Source: Macrostomum lignano
Taxonomy: Eukaryota
Assembly: GCA_002269645.1 (NCBI GenBank)
Contig: NIVC01000020.1
Location: forward strand, 124,001 to 188,000
Reading direction: 5' to 3'
DNA: 64,000 nt
Every line of letters starts with the position of its first letter. The first letter of the stretch is position 1. The translations under genes and the position numbers were made by a program. Under the pieces are notes generated by a model, which had not been told where the DNA came from, made no database searches, and was given only the letters and a program-made list of their open reading frames with translations. Shown piece after piece: positions 1 through 11,960 of the stretch.

Positions 1-256
1 TGCAGTATGAAATATCTAAATATGTTTCTAAAGCTGCAGTATGAAATATATACTCTACTATATCTTCTCTATAATTGAATACACTGTGCCGCATGCCGAG
101 GGAAAGCCGCCAAGGCCGGCCGTAACTCCCCCCAATCGATCCCACAAAATTAATCCTCAAAACCGAGCTCCTCCAAAAATAAATCAAAGATGTAACCAAA
201 CTCGACGAGTGAAAGGAGCTCAGCTTTCACCTCCGCTTGGACGTGGCGTAGACCGG

Positions 257-960
257 CCTAGGAGACAGGGTTTGGGGCGCCCACCCAGGAGACAGGGTTT
301 GGGGCGCCCACCCAGGAGACAGGGTTTGGGGCGCCCACCCAGGAGACAGGGTTTGGGGCGCCCACCCAGGAGACAGGGTTTGGGGCGCCCACCCAGGAGA
401 CAGGGTTTGGGGCGCCCACCAAGGAGACAGGGTTAGGGGCGCCCCGCTAGGAGACAGGGTTAGGGGGCGCCCACCTAGGAGACAGGGTTAGGGGGCGCTC
501 ACCTAGGAGACAGGGTTAGGGGGCGCTCACCTAGGAGACAGGGTTAGGGGGCGCTCACCTAGGAGACAGGGTTAGGGGGCGCTCACCTAGGAGACAGGGT
601 TAGGGGGCGCTCACCTAGGAGACAGGGTTAGGGGCGCCCCGCTAGGAGACAGGGTTAGGGGGCGCCCACCTAGGAGACAGGGTTAGGGGGCGCTCCACGA
701 TACAGGGTTAGGGGGCGCCCACCTAGGAGACAGGGTTAGGGGGCGCTCACCTAGGAGACAGGGTTAGGGGGCGCTCACCTAGGAGACAGGGTTAGGGGGC
801 GCTCACCTAGGAGACAGGGTTAGGGGGCGCTCACCTAGGAGACAGGGTTAGGGGGGCGCTCACGTAGGAGACAGGGTTAGGGGGGCGCTCACGTAGGAGA
901 CAGGGTTAGGGGGGCGCTCACGTAGGAGATAGGGTGCCAATCAAGTGATAGGGGCGCCAA
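257..960 (+). repeat. 27-28 bp G-rich minisatellite (CCTAGGAGACAGGGTTAGGGGGCGCTCA) with embedded TTAGGG
   Basis: About 25 tandem units are visible. The first ones read GGGTTTGGGG and the later ones GGGTTAGGGG. Confidence 0.95.
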
Positions 961-1813
961 CCTAGGAGATAGGGGCGCCAACCAAGAGACAGTGGCGCCC
1001 ACCACGACACTAAATATCGGCGCCCCTTCGGGCCGTGACTCCTATATAATCAAACTTATTGTATGTCACTGTATTGATACACTCAGCAACATGTTAAGGT
1101 TTCCACCCCGAAACCAATGGTTCTCAGCTGTCAGCCCCAAGTGACGCAATGTATACCAACGCCTGCGGTCCTATTCTTAACTGCAGGTAAGGCTGGCTGG
1201 CTAGCTTAGGCAGGTGAGAAGAGAGCGGAGACTTATGGCAAGAGTTGGATTAAAGCTTCTACTTGTTGACCAGTGGTTTCTGAGTGCATACAGCAAGCAC
1301 GCAATACTCGTAATTTGCACTCTGCAGTTGTACAGTGTATGTATGACCAGCCACACGGAGACAGGAATCCAACCTTTCTTGGAGGCTAACAGTATGAGCT
1401 AATGTACAGAAGCAGCCAATTCTCTCCTTAGCCCAATGTTTACGAGTTGCTATCTAAATGTCTACTTAAATAAGAACAAATAAGTTCTGCCTTCATTAAT
1501 ATTCAGATAATAAACAAAAAATCCAAGCTTCTATGACCCAATGTACATTTGAATTTACAGTTTTTTGTAAACAAAACAACGGTAGAAAAGTGGTGCGGGA
1601 TTTAAATATTTATTTTTAGACGCAGTTCAGTACATTGAAAAGAGTAAATAACTTCCGTTTTTTACAGACTATACCGAAAAAACCAGCAAATTTGTATCTG
1701 CTTGGCGTGTTGAATGCTGTAGTAAAAAATTAATTGGTTATTAAATTCGTTATTCGCATCGTTTTCTGAATAAAATAAAACCAACTAATTATACATAGTT
1801 AGGTTTAAGTAAA

Positions 1814-2367
1814 TCTGTGTGCTGGAGTGAACCTGTGTGTGTGCTGGAGTGAACCTGTGTGCTGGAGTGAACCGGTGTGCTGGAGTGAACCTGTGTGTGT
1901 GCTGGAGTGAACCTGTGTGCTGGAGTGAACCGGTGTGCTGGAGTGAACCTGTGTGCTGGAGTGAACCTGTGTGCTGGAGTGAACCTGTGTGCTGGAGTGA
2001 ACCTGTGTGCTGGAGTGAACCACCTGTGTGCTGGAGTGAACCACCTGTGTGCTGGAGTGAACCTGTGTGCTGGAGTGAACCACCTGTGTGCTGGAGTGAA
2101 CCTGTGTGCTGGAGTGAACCTGTGTGCTGGAGTGAACCTGTGTGCTGGAGTGAACCACCTGTGTGCTGGAGTGAACCTGTGTGCTGGAGTGAACCACCTG
2201 TGTGCTGGAGTGAACCTGTGTGCTGGAGTGAACCACCTGTGTGCTGGAGTGAACCTGTGTGCTGGAGTGAACCACCTGTGTGCTGGAGTGAACCACCTGT
2301 GTGCTGGAGTGAACCACCTGTGTGCTGGAGTGAACCTGTGTGCTGGAGTGAACCTGTGTGCTGGAGT
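1814..2367 (+). repeat. 18/21 bp minisatellite CTGTGTGCTGGAGTGAAC(CAC)
   Basis: Direct tandem repetition. It explains the spurious ORFs 1805-2548, 1837-2370 and 1895-2428. Confidence 0.95.
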
Positions 2368-2885
2368 TAACCTTGAAAATGATGCCTTCAGGATTAATGT
2401 TAATCTGCTCCTTGACTGTCAAATGTAAATTTCTTACTTTTCTTAAAGAGTAAAGTATGCAGGATTGCAAATAAAGCAAATGCGGAGCAAGAGCACCAGG
2501 AAAAATGAAACAAGCATACGAATGCGGATAAAAGTACATTGCATACAAAAATATCTAACTGAAAATAGCAGAAACGCATTCATTGAAAAGAAAAGAATGA
2601 AAATAATATACTGGAGGAAATATTTCCATACTGCCACTGAAGAAGCACGGTGAAGCAAAGTGAGCACAGCAGTTCTCAATCTAAACTTCACATTCGTTAA
2701 TTCATATTAATACAAATTACAGCTGGCTTCGCAAAACTAAATTTTTCATAAAAATATTTCTGCTTCACGTGTCCTCCAAGGCAGTACGGGTTAAAGAGAA
2801 CCGGGACAACTCGCAAATGCATTAAAAAAGAAATTGAAACGCAGTTAGAAACGAGACAGTCACGCGGCTGAATCCAGCGGTAAGA

Positions 2886-5800
2886 TTACAAATAGGGCTG
2901 CCAGCCGTGAAACACCAGTGCCAGATTTCTAGGATCCGTGGCCTGCTTAATCAGGTAGCTCACCTGGCCATCAACATTCAGAGAAAAGTTGTCCTCACGG
3001 CCCGTGAGCTTCTCGCGCAGCCGTAGCATCACGCGCTCGGCCATCAGCGAGCGCTGTGGAACGCTGGCCTCTTTGCTGTCGTCTCCCGCTGCGGCCAGGG
3101 GCTCAAAGCGCGCTCGAGGCTTAGATATGTTCAGCTGCAAAGCGTTCGCCCGCTCTGGACTCAGGGTCCAATGATAGAGCGGGTCATGCAGAAGAATGGA
3201 GCAGATCGTAAGAATCACATTGGTAGACGAGCGCAGCAGCTCCAGAGTAATTTCACAAGCACGGCGGAAGTCACCTTCGACGCCCAAGATGCCCAGACCA
3301 TCGACGATGTCGCGGGTCAAGCGAAACGGAATCGTCTCCGGTGTCGGCAAAAGTCTCCCTTGGTCGAAAGCAACACCAAGATCGATATGGAATAGACTGG
3401 CAGTCTCGTTGTGAACTAAAATGTTGCTTAAATGCCGATCTCCGAGACCAAGAACGTATCCAATCATGCTCCAAGCCGCCACACTGCGAGTGTAGGTCAG
3501 CCGTCTTAGGTAAAATTCGCGAGGCTCGACGAATCGTTCGAAAAAGAAATGGCGGAAAACCGGTTGGAGTTTACTGCAGATATCTTTGTACGTCGCTATG
3601 CGCTCTTTAACACTAAGTTTAAAACTAGATTCCATCATTGTGCGAGCCGCACTCGGAGCTATATCAGTTGGCCGGTATCGAACGTGGGCTGATTTTGAGC
3701 CTTGAGCAAGGTATTCGCTAATAGGCATCGTACCTTCGCACCATTCAACAATGCCGCTGCGTTGGCTCATCGGAATTACGTGGTATGTAGATAAAGACAG
3801 TTGGCGTTGCGAGGCAGCCGGGCTGTCACAGAGGAGACAGTTAACGGCATTAAAGACCTGCTGCATAACCGCATCTTGCCGCATGTCGTCGTTGCCTTTA
3901 ATGAGCTGGCGTCGGATGATTCCATCTGAACACTGGATGCTGATGATCTTGGGAAGATTAATTCCTCCAGCGGTGGCATACTTGTCAAGAAATTTAACAG
4001 CATAAACAATGTTATTGTACTTCCCTTGAGCATCAACATTCAATTTTACAGTTGGAATGTGTACAGCAGAGACGTTTTGAAAAGCAGTGAGGTTGCTCTT
4101 GGTACTCAATGAGGTTAATGTTCCACTTTTAGACCTTTCGTCCTTTGGTAGTTGAAAGTTGGCCAACTCGACATAAGCAATACAAAATCGACTTATGAAC
4201 TTCACAAGCCTATTCGAAGACTCACTTGAACGGAGGACTTGATTAATAACCTTCTCAGCTGCCTTTCCTCGATCGAAAACAGGGTTACCGGATGCTAGCG
4301 AGGTCCTTGTTGTCTGCATTCTCTGTACAAATTTACTATCCAAATTGGCGTTAGCGAGCGCAAACAGATTATAGAGGGTGTGATGCGGATGCAAACTGCT
4401 AACTCGCCCCAAAAAGTTACCTAATGTAGTTTGAAAAGATTTAATTGCCTCTTGGCCCTCCAAAAGACGTGCAGACAGCTGTGGAAAGAGTGGAATGAAT
4501 TTGTCTAATCTGACTTTTTTTAGAGCGTTGGAGACGACTTCGGATACTTTTTGGTCATCAGTGTTATTTAACCATAGTTCTACAAATCGGTAGACGGACT
4601 TGTCGAATGCATCACCACTGATAAGACATTTCGATAAGTTTGTGACAGTATAGACAAGATAGCTAGCTTTGCGCTGCTGAATGTCTGTGATGCGATCGTT
4701 GTCAATTCTTGATTGTTTGTTCAGGCTATTCGTAAATCTTGATTTCTCTCCAGCCCTGAGCAACTCGCAAGCATTCTCTTTCGATTGCTTCGTAACAGAG
4801 CACCAGGCTTGAAATTCCGGCGATTTAGTGTAGTTTTGCAAGCTTGTGTATTGGGCATCAGAAAACTCGGCGATTGCGTAATGAAGCCTAGAGTTGGATA
4901 CATTTGTACTGCAAGCCTTATTTTCGGCAACGAGCAGATAATCTTCCAGTATTGAATCGGCGTTTTCACATTTGCTTTCATTTAGCCACTGTGAATAACG
5001 TCGAACAACGTTCAGGTACGCATCGATGCCGATTCGATCATTAGCAGCTAGCGACTCAAGCGACTTCAAGCAACGCTTGCCCAACAACAGTGCAACATCT
5101 TTCTCTTGAGTCTCCCAGTAGAGACTTGACTCTTCGAATTTAACAAGATGAAATAAAAATTCCGGCAAATTATACTGAGCCTGAGCTAGGCCTTCAGAGA
5201 GTGACGATATAAGGGCCTGGGCTCTGCCTGTGCACTTTAGTGACACAAAAATGTCTTTAAAGGCAAAACAGTGACGTAAGAATTGTTGCATTCCGTTAAA
5301 ATCCGGCTGCGACAGCTGAATTATTGTTTTATTCAAGTTCCAATGAACAGCTAGAGTCTTGTAGTGCTTGCAGAACTGAAAGTTGTCTGACCGTTCTTCA
5401 GCATAAGATAAAAATGCAGACAATAAAGACTGAAGCTCGCTGTTGCTATCGGCAACCGTCAATAAGCGTCGAAGGCAGCACAGACCAGAGCGCTTTTCAA
5501 CAAATTCAAACAAAAGTCGATTGCTGTCGACATGCACTTGGGAGAAGTCACTTAAGTTTTTGTCCAGAAATTCCAAAATTTTTGCAGCAGAATCTGTCTG
5601 TCCGGCGAGAATATGCTGATTCGCAAGACTCAAATGACTCCAAAAGTCTCCTTCAGTAGAGAGAGCACAAGGCAGGTTTTGGTTAGAAATACGAGTCTGC
5701 GATTCCGGGTCCTGCCATACCGAAAAATCTTGCAGGCAACAAAAAAGAAAATCCTTGCGCTCCTCTGATGACTCGAAGAAATTATGCCCAAGAAGTTCTT

Positions 5801-8800
5801 GTTTTAACATCAGAGGCTTCTTGTAGTCGCTTAGTAAGCGCTGACAGCCCATCACTGCGTCCTCATTGGCTAAGTGGCTGACCAGCGTAAGCAAAACCGG
5901 CTCCGCCTCAGGTAGAATTGTCAACACTGTGGAGAAGTGGCATTCTAGGAAAAGATGAGCTAAATACGCATCACAGAGCTTTAAGGCGGCGGCACTGGCT
6001 TCCAGAAATGGAATCTCTATTGTTGGCAATGCAGATGAACCTCTGTTAGTCTGAATGAGCATTCTAGCAGAATGGAGCTGCAATAGAAATGAAGTTATTT
6101 GTCTCAGCCTCTTTTCACACTGACAACTCGATAAAAGGTCTGACAGAACTTGTGTAAAGAGCTCGACATCATTCGACGATGCTTGAGATAGGAATTCCGT
6201 TAAAACGCAGTAAAACACAGACGCACAAAAACTGGTCGAACATCCAACCAAATATTGCAGCTCCAAAGTGAAGCGATCCGACAAAGTATGTGTTCTGTAA
6301 ATTGCTTTAATAAAGTCTTTAATCCATGTAGAAAAAGGTGATTGCTGATTTTTTAGCGCGGCGATTACATCTTGAAAGGTACCAATCTGAGAAATCCATT
6401 CAGTAGACCGACGAACTCGGTTTTCTTGGCAAATTGGGCCCAAAGATGCGATTGAATGACAGATTTCTCGAAATTCACTGTCCGCTGCGTGTTTAACTGT
6501 GGATTTGACTGAATCCAGCTGCAGTAATTTCTTCAGACAAAAAGCTGCTGCCTCTTTTTCTTCGATAGAATTACTAAATGTACTGCTGATGAGGACCTTA
6601 ATGATAAACAAGCGCTCTGAGTGTAAGCAATTCTTGTGCTCTAAGCAACCACGACCGACAAGTTTGCCTGATAAAGTTGTGTACGAATTTGGCGCAGAGA
6701 GATCAAATTCTCTGTACTCCTTGATGACACCCTCTGTTGCAATCTCATTGAACGCCTTAGCGACTCGCACAATTTTTTCCTGGTCTTCTATTGTCTCGGT
6801 CTTGTCTAGCCTTTCCTCTAAAGAGACAATAAAGTCACTCCAGCAAGATGATTTTAACGAAGAATTAATGCAGAAGGACGAATATGAGTTAAACACAGCA
6901 TTTGTGACATTCACAACACTTGCTCCAGTAACAAGCGCGGAAAAAACAGAGTGACAGAGTGAATCCTCTGCAGTGAACTTAGGCACGTCAAGCTCTGAAA
7001 TTATTGCTTGACAGCAGTTGTCCTCGGAGGCATGCAGCAAAATATCCAGAATTTTAGTCATGCACTTCAAGTGAGACGCGTTACTGACGTTTTTACGCAG
7101 GTTTGCGAAGAAGTTAGCAATGATCAAACTGCAGTTCAGGCGCTTTAAAAATAATGAGCTCTCCAGGACAACAACGACTGTTGAGAGAACCAACTCGAAA
7201 CAGCAAGACGCGGCGGCGTGAGTTGATGAGCTCGAAACTTCTTTAATTTTCACAGCTGCTATCAGAAGAGTATTAAGAACTTGCAAATTGTCAAATAATG
7301 AAAAATGATTCGGAAAGCTAGCTGACAGCTTTACTAGGTAGTTGACAAGATTGCAGCCACTTAGAAGGCTAATTAGTTTGTACTGTGCATCATGTGTGCT
7401 CCAGAACTCAACTGCTGCACAACAAACGTTAAGGACTAGCCCGCTCACCAATTCGGCGCTAGCAAATGGTTCAAGTGGATTTTTTGCTCGAGTGTTGGAT
7501 AAAAATGAGCAACAGAAAATAATGAAATCTTCAACAGAACTACCTGATAGGGCCAGTTCACTTGGCAGAAAGCAACAACCAGTTATCAAAAACCTTCCAA
7601 GATCCCGGCAAACAAGTTCCACTCCATAGTTTTTTAAGTCAATTAGTGTCTTTAGCCGATCAAGTGAATCCGAACTCTTGTTTAGAAAGCACTCGGCCAA
7701 TTTAGGAGCAAAAACTGATATTTGACAAATTGACAGCAGTTTTTTAGCCGGCAATGACAAAATATCAGCTACTTGCTGTACGCTCGATAATGACTGAACA
7801 GAAGCACTGACGCATTCCTCCGTGCATTCAGAAACGAATTGCAGAGCTGATGTGTAGTCAAAAAGAGCAGTGGGAAACTGCGAAAGCTTGTTTCTTGTCA
7901 GCCACTCAGCCAGACACAAGGACAAGTGAAATTTAGGGGCATAGTCGCGAATACTAGCAGCGGATGACTTCATGACGTCTCTTGCAGACTCTAAATCGAG
8001 CAAACCTTCCTGGAGCATCTGAATTAGAGAGAGTAAATTGTGGCCCCGCTGTGACGCATTTGAACTTTGAAGTATGATTGTCATTGCGCGCTTAACTATT
8101 GAAACCCGTGATCGCTTCAAATCGTTTAGAAACTGGGTATCTTCAATAGTGACTTCAATAGAAAACAGATTTTTAATGGCGTTCAAAACAGCGGAAACAT
8201 GATCTGCGTCTTTCCAGTCAATAAAACGAACGTTATTTGCAGCTTTCGTTGCAACCGCATCACAAAAATGTCCGAGTTGTTCAAGAATATAGCGAAAAAT
8301 CGTCGTACCTTGCTTTTGTCTTGAAAGTAAACTAGGTCTAAGTTTACACACACGAATCGTGCATTCTAACCATGATTTCAGTAGACAGGTGCTGCACGCG
8401 ATTCCTTCTTGACAAAGCATGATAACGACAAGAAGCTCCTGACAATAGTTAAAATAATTCTCTACACTGTCGTGACAAAAGTTTCCCAGCTTTTCAATGA
8501 ATTCAGCAAAAATATCACAAAACTGCACAATAACTGGTTGATTCTTCCGAAACTCTCGGAAACCACGACGGAAAACATCAAATGCTAGCTTTATGTATTG
8601 CTGCGTCGAATCAACAGTGGAAGAAAACTGAATGAATTCCTTCACTAGGAATATAGCAAAAGCGTGCAGATCGGAGTTGCGAGCTGAAAAACTTGAGGAG
8701 CTGCCTTGCGCGAGTAGCTTTAATGAGTCTGTAACTTCATCGCAGTTGTCGTAGTCTAATTCAGACGTTAAGCGAAGATACGCTTTTAGAAGGGATTGAC

Positions 8801-10904
8801 GGAGTCTCTCTTGCCTGTTGATTGTAACTTCGCGGCAGTTTGAAGTGTAGTCATTGGCTGATAGCGTGTCGTCACATGTTGGCGAAAACTCCGTTTCGTC
8901 TTCGAGGTTTAGAACAGACAAGTCACGTTCGCTGGAATTATTTGTAGTCAAAAGATCGAAAAACAACTTCTTCACGTTAAGAAGAAATGCTTTAATAGGC
9001 TTCGCTAACACGCTTATGATTAAAGGTCGGAAAACCTTAACAAAGTCTCCTACTTGATCTGCGAAATAAAAAAGATCGCATTTATCTCTCAGAGTCTCGC
9101 AAGTCCGAAGCAAGGACGAAAGTGCTTGGGCAACAATAGCCGGATTTTCAATTAAGTTGCAGCACTGAAGGAATGCAGAAGATATAGTAATATCAACAAA
9201 TTCATTAAAGCTTGATGGTTTGAAGTCTTTAATAGTAGACTCGACTATTTTCGAGATCTCGATTAATGTCGGGTCTGATAAACAATAGCACTTTCTATAT
9301 CGGTCGCTGCAACACGGTGCCTCCCGACTGACAATAGCAATGCTCACATCGGCAATGTGACAAAACTCTTTCAGTTGAATGGAAACTGGCTTTACCGATA
9401 GGCTCAGCTCGAAAGCACACAAAAGCCAGTTCAGGACAGAAATGTTTGAGTCACCGGAGTAAGAAGCTGATAAAGCTTGACACAAATGAAATGACAGCTG
9501 ACGGAAATTTTTCCGAGTCATCATATTAAAGGAAAACTTCCAGAAGGATTCCATGAAATCTTCATCAAATTGAACATTCCATTTTTCGAAGCAGTCGGTC
9601 ACAAGCCTAATCAGAAACGATAGAATCACATCGTCTTTGTGATATTTCTGGACATGAATGAGAGTAGACTGCAGACGTTTGAGGCTTGTGTTTGGCACAT
9701 TTTTCGACTCAAAAAGAGCACGAATTAACTTAATGTCAAGAATCACTGCGACGTCATCAGCGCTAACAGACTCAATGCTGTCGCATGCTTCTTCAATTGC
9801 AGAAGCACATCTCTGCCGCTTGTTTTGACGATGGAGCGCTGAGTCAAGAGCAGGATTTTGCGAGATAGCCGCCAGATCAGAGCTTGATAACACAGCAAGG
9901 AGTCGATAAAATACTGGACAGTCGGTAGTCTTATCAGCTCGATGGAATCGGACGCTTGGGATGAATTTTTCTTCACGTAGGCGAATTAGAAGCAGTATCA
10001 AGGGCTGTCGCAGTAAGAGCAACTCTTGCACAAGTTCTTTGCAGCTGTCCTGCAGGTCTTTTCTGGCCACTAGAGTGCTGAAGAATTGGCAAAAGAAAGA
10101 CAATACAACCTCATGAGTTGCTGTCTTAAATGAAGAGAAGAACTGTTCGTAGCACTGAAACAGGCTTTCTGCAAAGGCACAAGTCTTAGAAAAGAAGACC
10201 GTTAAGTACTCGTGCTTAACAAGACAATCAACAGAATTTACTATTCTTTGAAAAAGTCTCTCGTCCTTGTGCTGAAAAGTGGCAGCAAGCCAGTTGGCAA
10301 GAACTGATACATCTGCGAAAAGACAGCTCCGATCGGAAGTCACGAGGACAAGCTGCGAGAACAGTGACAGATATTGGGAACAAAACTTGGTTTTCAATTT
10401 GGCAGCTAGACTATTGTGAATGCTCTCTAGCAACTCATCGGATAAACTGAAAACTAATTCTTTGCAGCTAAAGATGCTAACTTCAATAAACGAAGCATAA
10501 TCCTCTCCAACCATTGCTCGCAGACTGGAATCTGACAGAATGGTGACAAAGAACGACACAATCTCTGTGTTCTTAGCACAACCAGCTGTTCGACAAGCTG
10601 CAAATAGTCTTTTAATGGCATCGAGAATTGCTTTTTTCTTTCTAACAACAATAGAATGCTGGGGTCCCTTTTGGTCGCTGACCTTCTTTAGATGATTAAA
10701 GTCTTCGTGGGCTACATGCACAACGCGCTGCAATGATTGGGCCCAAAACTGGGCGCGTTTTTCGAGCGAACTTGCGGCCAATTCCTCCAGCAGATTTTTG
10801 CTTCGTAGTCGAGTAGAGATCTGCTCATAGAAGTGAATTCTTTCCTCGAATCGCAGGCCATCTAGGGACGCTACCTGTCCCAGAAATGCCGCTATAGAAG
10901 CCAT
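2886..10904 (-). CDS. ATM: Serine/threonine kinase ATM (PIKK family), single exon, about 2672 aa
   Basis: One uninterrupted ORF; first ATG is at 10904 (the track starts at a TTG at 10949). N-terminal TAN-like motif LDGLRFEERIHF. Kinase motifs GGINLPKII..SDG..RRQLIKGNDDMRQDAVMQQVF, GLGDRHLSNIL, HIDLGVAFDQG and PETIPFRLTRDIVDGLG. C-terminal FATC QATDPRNLALVFHGWQPYL. Confidence 0.95.
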   Translation of the reverse strand: MASIAAFLGQVASLDGLRFEERIHFYEQISTRLRSKNLLEELAASSLEKRAQFWAQSLQRVVHVAHEDFNHLKKVSDQKGPQHSIVVRKKKAILDAIKRLFAACRTAGCAKNTEIVSFFVTILSDSSLRAMVGEDYASFIEVSIFSCKELVFSLSDELLESIHNSLAAKLKTKFCSQYLSLFSQLVLVTSDRSCLFADVSVLANWLAATFQHKDERLFQRIVNSVDCLVKHEYLTVFFSKTCAFAESLFQCYEQFFSSFKTATHEVVLSFFCQFFSTLVARKDLQDSCKELVQELLLLRQPLILLLIRLREEKFIPSVRFHRADKTTDCPVFYRLLAVLSSSDLAAISQNPALDSALHRQNKRQRCASAIEEACDSIESVSADDVAVILDIKLIRALFESKNVPNTSLKRLQSTLIHVQKYHKDDVILSFLIRLVTDCFEKWNVQFDEDFMESFWKFSFNMMTRKNFRQLSFHLCQALSASYSGDSNISVLNWLLCAFELSLSVKPVSIQLKEFCHIADVSIAIVSREAPCCSDRYRKCYCLSDPTLIEISKIVESTIKDFKPSSFNEFVDITISSAFLQCCNLIENPAIVAQALSSLLRTCETLRDKCDLFYFADQVGDFVKVFRPLIISVLAKPIKAFLLNVKKLFFDLLTTNNSSERDLSVLNLEDETEFSPTCDDTLSANDYTSNCREVTINRQERLRQSLLKAYLRLTSELDYDNCDEVTDSLKLLAQGSSSSFSARNSDLHAFAIFLVKEFIQFSSTVDSTQQYIKLAFDVFRRGFREFRKNQPVIVQFCDIFAEFIEKLGNFCHDSVENYFNYCQELLVVIMLCQEGIACSTCLLKSWLECTIRVCKLRPSLLSRQKQGTTIFRYILEQLGHFCDAVATKAANNVRFIDWKDADHVSAVLNAIKNLFSIEVTIEDTQFLNDLKRSRVSIVKRAMTIILQSSNASQRGHNLLSLIQMLQEGLLDLESARDVMKSSAASIRDYAPKFHLSLCLAEWLTRNKLSQFPTALFDYTSALQFVSECTEECVSASVQSLSSVQQVADILSLPAKKLLSICQISVFAPKLAECFLNKSSDSLDRLKTLIDLKNYGVELVCRDLGRFLITGCCFLPSELALSGSSVEDFIIFCCSFLSNTRAKNPLEPFASAELVSGLVLNVCCAAVEFWSTHDAQYKLISLLSGCNLVNYLVKLSASFPNHFSLFDNLQVLNTLLIAAVKIKEVSSSSTHAAASCCFELVLSTVVVVLESSLFLKRLNCSLIIANFFANLRKNVSNASHLKCMTKILDILLHASEDNCCQAIISELDVPKFTAEDSLCHSVFSALVTGASVVNVTNAVFNSYSSFCINSSLKSSCWSDFIVSLEERLDKTETIEDQEKIVRVAKAFNEIATEGVIKEYREFDLSAPNSYTTLSGKLVGRGCLEHKNCLHSERLFIIKVLISSTFSNSIEEKEAAAFCLKKLLQLDSVKSTVKHAADSEFREICHSIASLGPICQENRVRRSTEWISQIGTFQDVIAALKNQQSPFSTWIKDFIKAIYRTHTLSDRFTLELQYLVGCSTSFCASVFYCVLTEFLSQASSNDVELFTQVLSDLLSSCQCEKRLRQITSFLLQLHSARMLIQTNRGSSALPTIEIPFLEASAAALKLCDAYLAHLFLECHFSTVLTILPEAEPVLLTLVSHLANEDAVMGCQRLLSDYKKPLMLKQELLGHNFFESSEERKDFLFCCLQDFSVWQDPESQTRISNQNLPCALSTEGDFWSHLSLANQHILAGQTDSAAKILEFLDKNLSDFSQVHVDSNRLLFEFVEKRSGLCCLRRLLTVADSNSELQSLLSAFLSYAEERSDNFQFCKHYKTLAVHWNLNKTIIQLSQPDFNGMQQFLRHCFAFKDIFVSLKCTGRAQALISSLSEGLAQAQYNLPEFLFHLVKFEESSLYWETQEKDVALLLGKRCLKSLESLAANDRIGIDAYLNVVRRYSQWLNESKCENADSILEDYLLVAENKACSTNVSNSRLHYAIAEFSDAQYTSLQNYTKSPEFQAWCSVTKQSKENACELLRAGEKSRFTNSLNKQSRIDNDRITDIQQRKASYLVYTVTNLSKCLISGDAFDKSVYRFVELWLNNTDDQKVSEVVSNALKKVRLDKFIPLFPQLSARLLEGQEAIKSFQTTLGNFLGRVSSLHPHHTLYNLFALANANLDSKFVQRMQTTRTSLASGNPVFDRGKAAEKVINQVLRSSESSNRLVKFISRFCIAYVELANFQLPKDERSKSGTLTSLSTKSNLTAFQNVSAVHIPTVKLNVDAQGKYNNIVYAVKFLDKYATAGGINLPKIISIQCSDGIIRRQLIKGNDDMRQDAVMQQVFNAVNCLLCDSPAASQRQLSLSTYHVIPMSQRSGIVEWCEGTMPISEYLAQGSKSAHVRYRPTDIAPSAARTMMESSFKLSVKERIATYKDICSKLQPVFRHFFFERFVEPREFYLRRLTYTRSVAAWSMIGYVLGLGDRHLSNILVHNETASLFHIDLGVAFDQGRLLPTPETIPFRLTRDIVDGLGILGVEGDFRRACEITLELLRSSTNVILTICSILLHDPLYHWTLSPERANALQLNISKPRARFEPLAAAGDDSKEASVPQRSLMAERVMLRLREKLTGREDNFSLNVDGQVSYLIKQATDPRNLALVFHGWQPYL

Positions 10905-11639
10905 TGCTTCTACATTAGGCAACTTTAAGGCAGAAAGAATAATGATCAAGTAGAAATCTGAAAGGAGATTTTCAGCTTCTGTAGTCGATAGTTACCCAAA
11001 GCACTACTAGCCTGCACTACTACAGGCGGCACTACAAAAGTTTTGAGCATCAAAGAAATATATATAAAAATTTATACACATACAAATTTGCAATATATTT
11101 TTGTTTCATCATTTTTAAACATTAAAAAAATAATTATTAAACAAATTTTATCTTGATAATACTATGCTTAATGGACATATTTTTATTGACTAAAATGACT
11201 TATTCAAATATGAAGGATAGAAATTGATTGCTACAAGACTTGTCTAGAATTAATATAAAATTATTATACTATTAGACTATAGTTAAAAGGTGGCTTTTGT
11301 CTAGAAAATATATAATTAGGCATACTCATATAAGTAAAGTATGATCTAAACTATAAGATCAACTTAAGTGATATCACTATTGAAAGTATTACTTTTTTTA
11401 CAATTGGCTGATTGCCATACTGTTTAGATGAACCCCTTTGGTAGCAAAAGAATGAAAGGAATAGTGCAGCATAATGTATAACATTGTAGCTTGTGAAAAA
11501 AAGACTAGATATATTAGGTCCTAGAATAGCTAAGTATACAAATGCTATTAAGTATTGAAGAAAAGCCAATATTCCTAAATAAAAGATGGCAAAATGCACT
11601 GTGGTTGAAATATCTATGCATTTTAGGTAATCATTGTAT

Positions 11640-11960
11640 TGATAAATTATTCTACTAGAGAGCAATATATTCAGCTGGATGCTGCATATGTGGCATGCTA
11701 TGTGGTATTCGGAGTGCACAAAAGTCTAGACAGTGAGACCAATGCCGCACTCTACACAAGGGCACACCTGATGTGGCCTTCTGACCGCTACGCAGATAGC
11801 AACTTGGACTGGCTGGCCACATCACCCAATTGGAGGCTTGCTGCAACTCAAGCTGCAAGGCCAAGGGCCAAAGGCAAATGGCAAGATACCCTGATAGGCT
11901 TTTGACTAATGCTGGCACCCTAGACCAAGCTGGGGGATGTGACTTTTTAAGGGCTATGGC
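11640..11960 (+). mobile_element. Decayed 3' fragment of an RTE-like non-LTR retrotransposon
   Basis: Across a frameshift the sequence reads LDAAY..VFGVH...TNAALY / LRR*QLGLAGHIT...RYPDRLLT.AGTLDQ, resembling the post-RT tail of RTE-clade LINEs (R.RRL..AGH). Confidence 0.5.

Noticed and set aside
1018-1050. Helitron 3' end (GC hairpin with TTCG loop)
   Set aside because: The hairpin is imperfect and followed by CTAT rather than CTRR; no 5' TC end or Rep/helicase was identified.
1190-2700. Minus-strand exons flanking the 18/21 bp satellite downstream of ATM
   Set aside because: Short open frames with plausible splice sites, but no homology I can recognise, so not supportable.
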